64,000 nucleotides of DNA from assembly GCF_009914755.1 (NCBI RefSeq), contig NC_060928.1. One strand, written 5' to 3'. The position numbers and the translations under genes were made by a program. The stretch comes from the human T2T-CHM13v2.0 reference genome, Homo sapiens. The notes under the pieces are model-generated. The model ran no database searches. It saw only the letters and a program-made list of their open reading frames with translations, and was not told where the DNA came from. This document shows positions 40,597-58,675 of this stretch, one piece after another; the stretch's first letter is position 1; each line of letters begins with the position of its first letter.

Positions 40597-42067
40597 GAAT
40601 GGCCAAACCAATCTTCAGCAAAAAGTACAAAGCTGAATGCATCACACTACCTGATTTCAAAATATACTACAAAGCAGCCCAGGCAGGGTGGCTCATGCTT
40701 GTAATCCCAGCACTTTGGGAGGTCAAGGTGGGAGGATAGCTTGAAGCTAGGAGTTAAAGACCAGCATGGGCAAGAAAGCAAGACACCACCTCTACAATAA
40801 AAAAATTTAAAGAATTAAAATTTAGCCAAGTGTGGTGGCACACAGCCTATAGTTGCAGCTACTCAGAAGGCTGAGGTGAGAGGATCGCTTGTGCCCAGGC
40901 TACAGTGAGCCATGGTCATGCCACTGCACTCCAGCCTGGGTGACAGAGTAAGACCATTTCTAAAAAAAATTTTTTAGCAAAATAAAAAATTTAAAAAACA
41001 AAGCAGTAATAACCAAAACTGCATGACACTAGCAAAAAAACACAGACCAATGGAACAGAATAAAGAACCCAGAAATCAATCTACCCATTTTATGGTCAAT
41101 TGATTTTTGACAAAGATGCCAAGAACACAATGTGAAAAGAACAGTAATTTCAATAAGTAGTGCTGGGAGAACTAGATACTGACATGCAAAAAAATGCAAT
41201 TACATCCTATCTCACAACAAATACAAAACTCAACTCACAATGGATTAAAGACTTAAACATAAGCACTGAAACTGCAAAACTACTAGAAGAAAATACAGGG
41301 GAAAAGCTCCATGACACTGGTTGGGCAATGAATTTTTGGATATGACTCCAAAAGCTCAAATAACAAAAGTAAAAATAGATGAATGGGATTACATCAAGCT
41401 AACAAGCTTTTATACAGCCAAGGAAACAATCAACAGAGTGAGGAGATAAATCTATGAAATGGGAGAAAATATTTTTAAACATATATCTGATTAGGGGTTA
41501 ATGCCAAAAACACATAAAAATCTTAGTGGCAAGAAAACAACCTGATTTTTTTAAAAAAATGGGCTAAGGACCTGAATAGACATTTCTCCAAAGAAAACAT
41601 ACACATGGCCAATGGATGTGGAAAAAATGCTCAACATCACTAATAATTAGAGAAATGCAAATTAAAACCACAGTGAGACACTACCATTCAGGGGTTTGAA
41701 CAGCTATGAAGAAAAAGACAAAAGATAGCAAGGATTGGTAAGGATGTGGAGAAAAGGAAACACCTGTACACTATTAGTAGGAAGGTAAATTAATATAGCC
41801 ATTATGGAAAACAGTACAGAGGTTCCTCAAAAAATTGAAAACAGAACTACCATATGATCCAGCAATCCCACTTCTGGACACATATTCAAAGAAAATGAAA
41901 TCAGTCATACTGAAGGAATATCTGCACTCCCACCCATGTTCACGGCACCATTGTTCACAACCACCAAGATACGGAATAAACCGGAGTATCCATCAATGGA
42001 TGAATGGATAAGAAAAATGTGGCCTATATACACAATAGAACAGAAAGAAAGAGAGAGAGAGAAAGAA

Positions 42068-42103
<36 letters not shown>

Positions 42104-42930
42104 AGAGAAAGGGAGGCAGGCAGGGAGGGAGGGAAAGATAGAAAGAAATCTTGTCTCTTGCAACAACATGGAGGAACCTGGAGAACACTGTGCTCAATGA
42201 AACAAGCCAGGCACAGAAATGCAAGCACTGCATGATGTCACTTATATGTAGAATCTAAAAAAGCTGAATTCATAGAAGCAGTGAGTAAAATGGTGGTTAC
42301 CAGGGATTGACAGGGAAGGTGAGGGGTCAGGAGGGTGGACCAGAAAGATGTTGGTCAAAGGACAGAAATTTTCAGTTAAGAAGAAGAAGAAGTTCAAGAG
42401 ATCTATTTACAGCATGGTAACTAGAGTTAATAACAATGTACTGTACACTTGAAATTTGCTAAGAGAATAGATTTTTTTTTCCCCCAAGACAGAGTTTCAC
42501 TCTTACCCCCAGGCTGGAGTGAAGGGGCGTGATCTCGGCTGACTGCAACCTCCACCCCACGGGGTTCAAGTGATTCTCCAGCCTCAGCCTCCCGAATAGC
42601 TGGGATTACAGCAGCCTGCCACCAAGCCTGGCTAATTTTTGTATTTTTAGTGGAGACAGGGTTTCGCCATGTTGGCCAGGCTTATTTTGAACTCCTGACC
42701 TCAGGCGATCCACCCACCTCAGCCTCCCAAAGTGCTAGGATTACAGGCATGAGCCACCGTGCCCAGCCAAGAGAGTAGATTTTTAAGTGATCTCACCACA
42801 AATAAACATAAGTATATGAGGTAATACATATGTTAATTAGCTCAATGTAGCCATTTCACAATGTATACATATTTCAAATATCATGTTGTACACCAAAAAT
42901 ATATATAATATTTGTCAATTTAAATAAAAG
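40597..42930 (+). mobile_element. 5'-truncated L1MA5-like element nested in the older L1; contains an AluJ (~40677-40970, +), a GA-rich repeat (~42040-42146) and an AluS (42472-42768, -)
   Basis: ORF2 C-terminal remnant (41160 ORF) and L1MA-type 3'UTR ending tttgtcaatttaaataaaa; the inner antisense Alu has TSD aagaga(a/g)tagatttt. Confidence 0.85.
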
Positions 42931-43551
42931 TAAAGTCAGATTAAAGATATATGAAAAACAAATAAAAAACTCAACCTAATAAAAGGCATGAACAAAGGGA
43001 AAAAAGAAGCCATAACAAATGGGAGAAGTGGGAAACAATTAGCAAGATGGTGGAATGAAATATAAAATATTGCTAATTATACTAAGTGAAAATGGATTAA
43101 ATATACTAATTAAAGGGCAGATATTGACAGTTTGTATAAAAAGGCAAGAGCTATCGACATGCTGTCTACAAGAAACATACTTTAAATATAAAGACAGAGA
43201 TAGGTTAAAAGAATGGAGAAAGATATACCATGCAAACATTAATCATAGAAATGCTGGTAGAGCTATTATCAATTTCACATACTGTACACTTCAGCAAAAC
43301 AACAAATATTAACAAAGCCAAAGAGAAATATTTTGAAACAATAAAAGGATTAATTCAGCAAGAAGACATAGTAACTCTAAATGTGTATGTACCTCATGAG
43401 GAAGCTCCAAAATACATGAAGCAAAAACTGACAAATCGGAAAGGAAGAATGGGACTCTCTACAATTATATTTTGGAGATTTCAACATTCCTCTCTCAGAT
43501 TTGGCAAAACAAGTAGACAGAAAAATCAGTAAGGGTATTAAAAAAACTTGA

Positions 43552-43874
<323 letters not shown>

Positions 43875-44575
43875 TTATTGGTCATTTATGGAACATTCAA
43901 CACAACAACTTCAGAGAACATATTCTTTTCTAATGCCCATAAAAAACTCATTCAACAAAATAAACCATATTCTGGGGCATAAAACAAGCTTCAATACATT
44001 TTTAAAAACTAAAATTAAGAGTACAGTACATTCTCTGACCACACATAATTAAATGGGAAGCCTATAATATGCCAACATATTTAGAAATGAAATAACCAAC
44101 TTTTAAATAACCCACATAGCCTTTCCCCAAAAGGGTTCCTTATATGAACCATGGATGGCCAAAAATAATTTGAGTGACTACTTTCTCAGTTCTCCTAAAA
44201 ATGTTATATAAATAGTACCATAATACAGCACAAGCACAGGAGAGAATAGAGTGACTAACAGCCTTAGGCATTAGAGATCAATCCTCCAAGGAAACCCCAG
44301 TTAAGACAGGCAGAATGAGTCAAAGAAATCCAGGGGAAATTAGAAAACATTTAGAACTAAATGCTAATAAAAATAAAAGATATCAACATTTGTAGTATAC
44401 AGCTAATGCAGTGCATAGAGGGAAACTTATAGTGTTTAATATTAGTAGTAGAAAAGAAGAAAGATTACAAATAATAACCTAAGCTTCCACATAAAACTAG
44501 AAAGAGGGACAAACTGAATTCAAAAAAGGGAAAAAATAAGAGCAGAAATCAATTAAACAAAAAATGAACAAAATA

Positions 44576-44885
44576 GGCTGGGCGCGGTGGCTCATGCCTG
44601 CAATCCCAGCACTTCCGGGGGTGGGCAGATCACCTAAGGTCAGGAGTTCGAAACCAGCATGGTCAACATGGCGAAACTCCCCTCTACTAAAAAATACAAA
44701 AATTAGCTGGGCATGGTGGTGCGTGCCTATAATCCCAGCTACTCAGGAGGCTGAGGCAGGAGAATTATTTGAACCCAGAAGGTGGAGGTTGTAGTGAGCC
44801 AAGATCGTGCCACTGCACTCCAGTCTGGGTGACAGAACGAGACTCTGGGTCAAAAACAAAAAACAAAACAAAACAAAGAAAAACA
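44576..44885 (+). mobile_element. AluSx-type
   Basis: Alu consensus; TSD aacaaaata. Confidence 0.93.
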
Positions 44886-47158
44886 AAATAGAAAATAATC
44901 AGTGACACAAAATGAAAATCAACTGAAAATTTATTGAAAAGAGAAAATGTGAATTGCCAGTGAAAGAGGAAACACTATCACAAATCCTGTCATTATCTAA
45001 ACAGTATAGGACTATTACGAACAACTCTGTCAATTAATTCAACACCACAGACTGAAATTGACAAAGTCCTTGCAAATCACAATTTATCAAATCTGACAGA
45101 AAAAAAATCTAAACAGCCCTATATCTACTAAAGAAATTCAATGTTTAATTGAAAACATTCCCAAAAACAAAACCCTAGGTGCAGATAGCTTCACTGGTCA
45201 ATGCAATCGACCCAAACTTTCGGAAAACAGAAAAGAAGGATATACTCCCAATTTTTTTTACGAGGCTTGCATTTCCCTTACGCAAAAAAGATCAAATATA
45301 TTACAAGAAAAATAAAGAGCACTATGCCTTAAAATCCTTAACAAGATATTAGTAAGTCAAATGCTGCCATATACAAAAGGAGTCACACATTGTGACCAAG
45401 TGGAGTTTATCCCAAGAATACAAAGTTGGTTTAAAATGCAAAAGTCAATTAATATAATTCATACAATAACAGAACAGTGGAAAATCACAGGATCACCTAA
45501 AAAGATGCAGATTAAAGCACCTGACAAAATTCAATACCCTTTGATGATAAAAATCCTTAGCAAACTAGGAATAAAAGGGAACATCCTCAACCAGATAAAG
45601 GAATCAAGAAAAAAACTACAGGTAACAGAATACTTAATGGTGAAAGACTGAATACTTATCTCCCTAAAATCAGAAACAAGGCAAAGAAGCCCATAGTCAC
45701 CAGTTCTATTTAACATTTTATGGAGGCCCTACTTAAGGCAATAAGGTAGAATATTGAAAATAAGAGAATTAAAAGGCATAACCATGGGAGATGAAGGTAG
45801 AAACTGACTTTATTTGTACATATGATCCAAGTAGATAGAAAATCCTAAGATCTACCAAAAAAACAAACAAATAAAAAAAACCCTAGTAGAACTAAGTGAA
45901 TTTAAGCCCACAAATATCCACTGTATTCCTACATATGAACAACAAACAATTGCAAAATAAAAAGAATTAGCAGTTACAATAATATCAAAAACCTAAAACA
46001 CCTAGGAACAAATTTCATGAAATATTTATAAGACCTGAACAGTGAAAACTATACAACAGTGCTGAGAGAAATTAAAGAAAATATAAATAAATGAGTGTGT
46101 GTGTATATGTGTCATGCTCACTGTGTGGGCCAATGTTATATGAACTACACAAAACACAGTTCTAAGTCTGATATGGCCAAGAAGCCACAAGTTTGGAACC
46201 TTTGCCCTAGATGTTCTAAATTTTATTGTTGAAACAAACAAGACCATCAGAAAACCTAGTACTTACACTACATTATTGTTTTCAACCAAATTGCATTTTA
46301 TTAGCAAATCTTTAGTTTATACTCTGTATAAACAATGTGAAGGGTATATTTTAGAAATGCTGAAAAAGTTATCTACTACCTGGAGTATCTCCATTATGAG
46401 GGCCCAAAAGAAATTTTTTCTCAGATCTCAATTTCAGAAAATATGAGTCCTCCAAATCATCTAGTATACCTATGAAGCTATGGACTATGCAAATCTCAAA
46501 ATTCATCAAGTTTCCAAATTTGGCTCTGGTTGCTAGTTAACTGAATCTAAGTTTAATAACTGTATATTACATACATTTTTCTGTATAATCCATTTTCCTT
46601 TGGTCTTAATTTACTAATTCTACCTTTGTATTTTTATTTTTTTAGAGTATATACTCTAAACTACTTCAAATCATTTTGGGGGATGAAATATCTTTTACCT
46701 AAATACATAGATGACTTTTTTTTAACTTAAAGAGTCAGGGTCGCTAAAAATTAACCATATAGTCAAGCACATAATACAGACCATAAAATATTTTAAATGT
46801 ATATGGTCTCACATTACTTTTACAGAGCAGAAAATAGTAGGAGCTAAAGAATGTGAAAAGAAGACTAGGGTGGGAAAACCCTAGAGAAGAGGTAGGATCT
46901 AGGTGGAGCTCTGAATAATGAAGATAAAGAGGGTAGCAGGTAGACAACATGGGTAATAACAGGGTATTAGGATACAATGTAAAGGCAAACGGTTGAGATT
47001 AAGTGTTGTAAAGATAAAGTTGAGTGGATAGAATGAAGTCATATAATGTATAGTTCAAAGCCAAACTGAGCTTTAGTTTGATTCTTAAATGTAAAATAAC
47101 ACAGTAAAACAGGTTACAAAGGCTTTGACATATATAGGAGATACACACTATCATCTCA

Positions 47159-47529
<371 letters not shown>

Positions 47530-48351
47530 TCATAAGCAGAAGGGGTCTTAAGAGAAACTATATGGTACAACTAAATTTTAGAGATTAAAAAACACAGGAA
47601 TAAAGAAAAATGTATAGTATTTCAAATGATGTACAAAGCTTATTATCCTTAAAATCCCAACCTACTGATCACCTGGATTGATCTGAGTTAATATGAATTA
47701 CTTTTAGTTCTTCTTTATACAATATATACACCTAACCAAAGCCAAGGAGAGTCTAAACACACTCCCAAGGTGTGGGTTGGGCAGAGGGAAAGAGGGTGGC
47801 GATTCTTTCACTGTACAAGAATAACTCAAAATGAAAAACCAGCATTTACTATGTTCTAAGTACAATGTTGAGTCATTGAAGATACCAACAACAAAGCTAT
47901 TCACAGAAAATCAGACTATAACACTAAAAGCTCAAGACAATGAAAAAGGAAACCCATTAAATGTCTAGAAATACTTAAAATCACTGTCAACATAATTCAG
48001 CATTTCCATTTACCTAACACTTTATAAAAGATATATTCTTCCATAATTCATAAAACATTTACGAAACGATCCACCTGCCAAGATTATTTTTTAAATGATA
48101 TATGTAGGGCTTAATCTTAACATTCTGGTTGTCTAATGAAAGTTTTCAGAAGAGAGCATATTTCTATCTAGAGCTATCTCCCTTGACTTTATTTCATGGA
48201 GAAAACTAAAAAATAATAGAACAGAGAAACTGAGAAAGATATTAAAAAAAAAAAGTACTTGTGCAGATGTGATACAAAATCTTAAAAACGAAAACTTTCT
48301 GATATGTGTGAACATTTAAACCCACCACATGTTTTTGGAAAATCTTAACTA

Positions 48352-48831
<480 letters not shown>

Positions 48832-50030
48832 TTACAAATGCTGAACATATGACAAGGACTAGGCAAGTGGCAACAGGACAGATTCAAGGTTAGAACCAGG
48901 TAAGGATAAACACTAGTTAGATGAATAAGGTCAAGAAGTGAGAAGGTCTGTGTGAAATCAAAGAGTTAGGCTGGCAGCAATATTCAAACACTGAGTTCAG
49001 GATAAATATCTGGACAACCTGCAGCAAGAAAAAGAAATCATGATTAAGTAGGCAGTATTACCAAAACTGAGAGAAAGAGGTTAAATGACAAAAGCTCAGG
49101 ACAGCAAAGAATCCAGACAGCACAGAACACCAAAAACACTTTTAACACTGAACCTAACACTGTATTTCTCACCTCAAGCAGTTCCTCAAAATTTTATGGT
49201 GGTGGGAAGATATGGAATTTGAGAATGAGAAAGACAGAGATGTACAGATGTTACTGACCTTTCTCTTTCCCAGTGAAAACATTATTTGTTCCAAAGCTAA
49301 TATCAAAAATAAATTGTTGCAAAAATATGGTATATATAAACATTGATATTTATATAAACAAAAGAAGGTGAGAAGTAAATCTTAAATGACTCAATTTTAC
49401 CTCTATATGAAGAAATTTGAAAAACCTTAGTTTTTAAATAGAGGAAGATCTACATTATCTGAATTTTATTTTTCATTTTCATAGACTATATAAAATAAGA
49501 GAAAGAACTTCTCTTGACCAGATGAAAACCAAAGTGATACCTGTGAAAGAAGGGAAGGATAGGAAAGACACTTTATAGCCTTCAAAAAAAATACTCAAAT
49601 TTGACAAATATTTCATATATCTGTTTCACTTACCACTTAATATTACTCCACAAGCAAAATATTTTTCTACTTATTTCTATTAATAGCTTCTCTTTGCATT
49701 CACTACTTCCTTCAGGAATCCTCAAACTCCTGACTTCCTGAAATTCTGAATGACTAATCTTGGACTGATAATTTTAAAGCAATATTCAAATTCCCACACA
49801 GATTTCCACACAAGGTTTTTCTCCGGCTCTTTAAAATTGCTATATTGTAGTTAAAGGATAGAGTGACCTACAGGGTGTGTCAAAGAGACTGGAGAAGTTG
49901 GTACTATGTGATTAATTAATAAATTTTATAAAATAGTAAAGAATACATTTGAATCAAGCAGACTTGTCTAAATCTTACTTTTACTCCCTTAATGAGTGTA
50001 AACTTGTAAACTGGGCAATATACTGTAAAA

Positions 50031-52090
<2,060 letters not shown>

Positions 52091-53105
52091 CTCTAATAAT
52101 CCCTGACGCTCAAATTTTCCTGTCAAATGGCGGGGGTGACAGCATAAGGATAGAAGATGAGGGTTAAAAAAGGGTTAACAGTTAAGGGTTAACTATGTAA
52201 CTAAATGCTGTGCTAAATGTTTATGCAGATTACTTCATTTATTCCTTATAAGCTGCTTATGAAGTGGGTACCTACCTCCTCACAGAATCATTCAGAGGAT
52301 TAAATAAAACAATGCTTATGTAGTACCTGGCACACTCCCTCTCTATATATAATTTAAATACTCAATAAAGGGTAGCTAATGTGCCAATTACTGTTGCCAC
52401 CATAAAACTATGTGCTATCCTACTTACAACACATATCCAACTAGTTAGAGTTCTGATTCCATCCAAGACTAAATTATTAATGGCCAGTATTAATCCAACC
52501 ACACATGAAAGTTATCACCTCATAGGCATTTAACAATTATAAACACCTTGTGAAAAGCCATTGGTTTGGCAAATTTGGAAGATATATACTAAACCAAACC
52601 AATGGTTAACAAGACTGTGCTGCTCACCAACTTTGTAGTGATCAAGTGACTTCATATCAGAATGAGCTGTTATCAAGTGTCAAAACAAAGGCCTCTCACA
52701 ATTCAGAACCAGTAAAGGGCCAATGTTGTTGCCTCTATAAATGGATAATATATGATGTAGACCTTTTCTAATTAATGCTCCATAACATGCACTAATTACC
52801 AGACTACGATGGATCAGTGGGAAACTAGTGGTTCATTGGACAACCGTGCCTTTACTTTCATATAAGAGTAATACATTGATTCACATACTTCTAGTTATAC
52901 TACCTTTCCACAAGCTATTTGGAGCCTCCATATTCCACTAAAATATCATTCTTCTTTACAGGGATTAACTAACATAAGTGTATCTTATACTACTTCCCCA
53001 TTAATTCTCCCAAAATTGGCATATGAAAGCAATGTTATAACATCAACCCCACCCTTACATGAAAAATTGGACTTCCAAATAAGAGTATCCTCACTGCAAA
53101 ATATA

Positions 53106-53605
53106 CAGGTTGATCATCCCTAATCTGAAAATTCAAAATCTGAAATGCTCCAAAATCCAAAACTTTTTTTTTTTAATTTTTACTTTTTTGTAGACATAGG
53201 GTCTCACTATGTTGCTTAGGCTGGTCTTGAACTCCTGGGCTCAAGCGATCCTCTTGCTTCAGCCTCCCGAATTGCTGTGATTACAGGCACGAGCCACTCA
53301 CTGCACCTAGCCAAAGATCAGTAATTTTTTGAGCACTGACATAATGCCACAAGTGAAAACTTCTGCATTTGACCTCGTGTGACAGATCAATCAAAACTTT
53401 GTTTTCATGCACGAAACTACTAAAAAAAATTGCATAAAACTACATTCGGACTATGTGTATAAGGTATATATAAAACATAAGTAAATCTCATGTGGGTCCC
53501 ATCCCCAAGTTATCTTTACATATACGCAAATATTCCAAAACCTGAAAAAATCCAAACTCCAAACACTTCTGGTCCCAAACATTTTAGATAAGAAATATTC
53601 CACCT
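53106..53605 (+). mobile_element. Tigger4/MER46-like DNA transposon interrupted by FLAM (53164-53312, -)
   Basis: caggttga.catccctaatctgaaaat...aacacttctggtcccaa.catttt.gataag. Confidence 0.8.
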
Positions 53606-54009
53606 AAAGCAGAACATGAGTGTATGAGTATGTGTGTGTATGTTTGTGTGTGTGTGGAGTATATGTAAGTATAAATGTGAATATATGTATTGTAGGTATG
53701 TGTATACACACGCGTATGCTGGTTTATAGGTAAAAATGAGAACCAGTGGATGTTCTTGTCAGCACCACATTCATAAATACATATAACAAAAAGATTTGCA
53801 TAAAAGTGACAACATAAAGGTGTCCAGATAAAGAAAAATATCTGCTTACTGAAAAATTCAGAATGCATAAGGGATATCCGCTTTTTAAGTCCACTGCTGA
53901 AAACATGAGTTTCAAACTATTCAGATGGAATCAATGAAGTAAAATACTAGTATTAAAATATGTATCTATGCATCCTAAATTCAAGACTGTTTAAGATACC
54001 AATGGCAGA

Positions 54010-54346
<337 letters not shown>

Positions 54347-54436
54347 CTACTTCTGCACTTCCACCTCTGTGAGACAAAATTAGCTGGACTAACCTCATTG
54401 AATTTCAAGTGCCTCACACTGAAGGTACTCAATAAA

Positions 54437-54815
<379 letters not shown>

Positions 54816-57800
54816 TTATCTAAACTTTTCAGTCACTAGACCAATTTAGGTTCTAAGAGTTACTACAACTTTTCCTAGTGAAAAATGTCACCATGGTTAC
54901 TTTAGAAATCTATGAAAGACTTACTGGTATAGTATAGAAATGATGTGCATTACATATAACAATGTGTCTTACAGAATAAAAAGAAATATAACACGTATCT
55001 GTCAAAAAAAGTCTACCACATGGAGATTTGATATCATTACCAAAAATAATTTTTATGGTAAATAGCAAGTGGATTTCCCTTGTTTGACCTAGAATTCACT
55101 ATTTACCATTAGTCCACAATCTTGGCAATCAAAAGGAAATGATGCCTTCCTTGAGACTCTTTCAATTTTATTTAAAAAACAAAAACAGCTAAGATAAATA
55201 CAGAGCAAGAAAAGCTTCCATAATAAACCTACTTACTTTGCTTAAATCTGAACCTTAATTCAGTTCCAACCTAAAGGGTTCAGTCAAATCCTCAACCCAC
55301 TGTCCACAGACAGAACCATAGAGAGTTGGCACTTTTATTTTATATACCACAACCTATAACATCAAGTACAGATGAAGCTGGACATCCTGGCTTTAGATGA
55401 CAAAAGAATAAGAACGGGTATGAGAGTTATTATTACACTTAACAATATAAACATTTTTATTTTCATAAAATTTCCTACTTTCTTAAAGCAAAAATATATC
55501 AAATACTATACCCAGAACAATCTGAACTTAATCAAAATTAAAGGATGGAAATATCTGTGAAGATTTCTTATTACTAAGACTCCTAAAACTGGCTCAATTA
55601 TAAATAATAACACTAAATATACAGTAACCAAGTTTCTGAAATGATCTCTCAGTTGTTTCATGTTTTCATATAAAAAAGCCAACATATAAACCACAGGTTT
55701 ATATACACAGCCCTTGGCCATGTAAATTTGGGATATAAAATTGGAAGACATTTTTCCTCTTATTGATCATTCTAAGTAGTACAATCTATTGTTACACATA
55801 ATTTTACAGGAAGGTCATCAAAATTCTAAAATTATAATCATGTCTCAGGAAAACATAAACAGAACAAGAAAAGAGGTATTTATATGAGCTGTCAGCCCTT
55901 TTTCTGCCATCTGTATATGGCTACTTTCCTGAGTATTAGTTCCTTTTACAGAAGGTAGGCAGAAGGAACGGAAATACTTTGATGCCTTTGGTTTGGAGAA
56001 GAAAATTACTGCCTGGATTATTTGAATAAATGAAATAGCCAAGACACTCTATTTAATCCCTTACCTTGGACTGTTGAAAAGCAATGATGTAAGTTGAAAT
56101 CCACCTTTTCTAATTTTATTATACATTTTAGAGAGTATTTTACTTAAGATTTTAAAGGTCTAAATAGTCAACTTAAATATATGTGGGCATATATAATCAG
56201 TAATCACAGTTTAAAAGGTAAGCCATAGTATTATGAGAAATCATTTGTGTTATGTTCACTAATGATATTGACTTTTGTTAACTAATATTCAATAAGAGTA
56301 CCTTTAAGAAGTTTATGATTCAAAAGATCAAGTTACAAAGACAGGAAAAAAAGAGTCTAATATTTATTCAATGCAAATAAGCATAATCTACATAAAATTC
56401 CGTATGTTCAATAAATAAAATCACAAAGGTGAAAATTACGGTAATGAACTTCAAGTAGCTCAATATTAAGTACAATAATAAAACTGTCACTGTGGTATAC
56501 AGATGAACTTCATTATCCATTACTGGACATTTATTCAAGGAGTTATCCCTGTGGGGGGTAGAGGGCTAGGGAATATATTTTTCTGGAAAGCTCATTATGT
56601 AATAAATATCTGTTTACTTGCAATATGAGGTGCTTTAGAAAATGGTACATTTATCTGCAAAGTTAGCAAATTTATTCTTTGCACTCTGTATTTTTAGCAC
56701 TGTGTCATTATGAGTACTTATAACTTTGGATAAGGCTCTTTTATTACTACTTAGAAAATGTTACCAAGATTGACAAATATTTAAGTCAAATGATATTTTA
56801 AATAAAGAGAAAAAGCTACTTATTTAGTATGATAGGATGCAACAGGTACATAGAAACTAAATTAAGATAAATTGAGAATTAGGAAAACTAAAATTGCAGA
56901 GGTTGTTTTAATAACTAGCAACATTGAATAAATAAGGTAACATGAAATCTTAACATGGTATTAAACAATTGAGATAATAAAAAGCCAGTTGTTCAGGTAG
57001 CATTAAAAAAACCTATGCATAAAGCACAAAACAGTGCTCAAGTAGGATTTCCTCAGAACATAAATAAGACTTCTAAAATCTGTTATATGCTGAAGTTTTA
57101 AATGGCTAAGAAAAATTGTCAAATAGATTTATCAAAATCTCCAAAGCACACTTCTTTAAAATCCAAACCAAAAAATTTTAAAAGCAAATTAAAATGTAAC
57201 ACTAGAACTCTGTAATCTAATTAGGCTTATTTAAACTGAACCACTAAAAAGTCATGTGGCCACTTGTAATTACTAAACTCCTTTGATGAAAGTTTATACT
57301 ACTATTTCTAAGTAGATAATTTTACCACACATTTTTAAGGAAACTCACTAATAGAAACAAAGTAAAAAATAAAAGAGAAAAGAATAAAAATTAACCACAA
57401 TTCAACTTAGACCTAACAGCTTTTAGGAAAGGGGAAAAGAGCACATTGGCAGGTGTCTGCAAGGAGGTAGGTAATAAATGGAATCAGTTTTCATTCTGCA
57501 GAACAACCATGAGACTTGCTGCAATGTCAGCTCCAAGCACACACTGAGGGACTCCAGAAAATACTCATTGATCATGCAGCACTTTATAATGCGCATAGGC
57601 TTTTTTCTCCTGCTAACCCCGCCTAGCTTCCCTTTGCAGCTTCTTCTCCCAAGCCCTCTCCCCACAGTAAAATAATCTTCCTGAAGATGTGAAATAGTTA
57701 ATAAATTATCTCAACAGTCTAAGTATTAGGAATACCACTCACCACCATAAAGCCTCTTTATCTGAATTACCCAGGTTTTATCTAATGAGGAAAAAAAAGA

Positions 57801-58621
57801 AAAACCCTACACAATCCCACAGATAAGAATATGAGATTTAAATACCTATACCTATAAATACAAATTTCTAATAGTATACTACATTCAATGCCAAAAGCAA
57901 TTATAGTTTCACTTTGACATGTATTTCCTTGGACTGATTTATACTCAAATAGGATCTTATAAAATTTTTACAACCAGAAAAGAGAAAATATAATTTAAAA
58001 TGTTCATGATTCAAATTATAGTAATTTTGTATTGATGTCTCTCTAGCATCAGTGCCCTAAATTTCAGGGTTTTAATATTTTTAATTTAATAATTTGTTTT
58101 ATAATAATCAAAGTCACATGAAAAATCTAGGACCAGAGTATACCAGCTAAATTAAGCAATCAGATTGATATAAACATGCTTAGTTTAAAGCTAAAATAAC
58201 CGTTTTTAATAGTTAACTGCAGCAAAGCTTTAGGCTTAGATATGTAAATGAATTCTAAGACATATGATACTAAACCTTACTCAAAGCTGCTTTGCAGACC
58301 CCACCTTCTAATGAGTTAATCTAAAGGTCACCACCAGCACAAGGCTTTTTATTAAGCCTGAGTCTCCCCTTTTTCCCTAACAAACATATATCTACAATTT
58401 ATGAAACATGAAGTTTAAACAAAATAATTATAGACGTCTATAGTAATCATGTGAACCAGTCTGAAACATTCTCACACGGAATAGGTCTGACCGTGTCTTG
58501 CTTTTATGCTCTGCTTCTCTTTGCTCTCTCCTCTAATCTATTCATCTGTAAAATAATTCCGGCAGATAAGATTTCTTTGTTCAGATTTCAACTTTCATTT
58601 CACTTACAAACCTAGCCCTAC

Positions 58622-58675
58622 CTCAAGAATGTCTTCTAGAACATATGCTTCCATTTCAGCCGCTGTCTCCACCAT
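58622..58675 (-). CDS. ANKRD17: Coding part of an alternative first exon of ANKRD17 (MVETAAEMEAYVLEDILE)
   Basis: Strong Kozak aaacATGG, 18 open codons, donor GAG|gtaggg in phase 0, compatible with the phase-0 acceptor at 13181. It lies in the longest repeat-poor stretch of the window. I recall an ANKRD17 isoform with this N-terminus. Confidence 0.85.

Noticed and set aside
55226-56075. Isolated minus-strand donor-like motifs (AAA|gtaagt at ~55235, AAG|gtaagg at ~56064)
   Set aside because: No convincing upstream acceptor or start context to define an exon.
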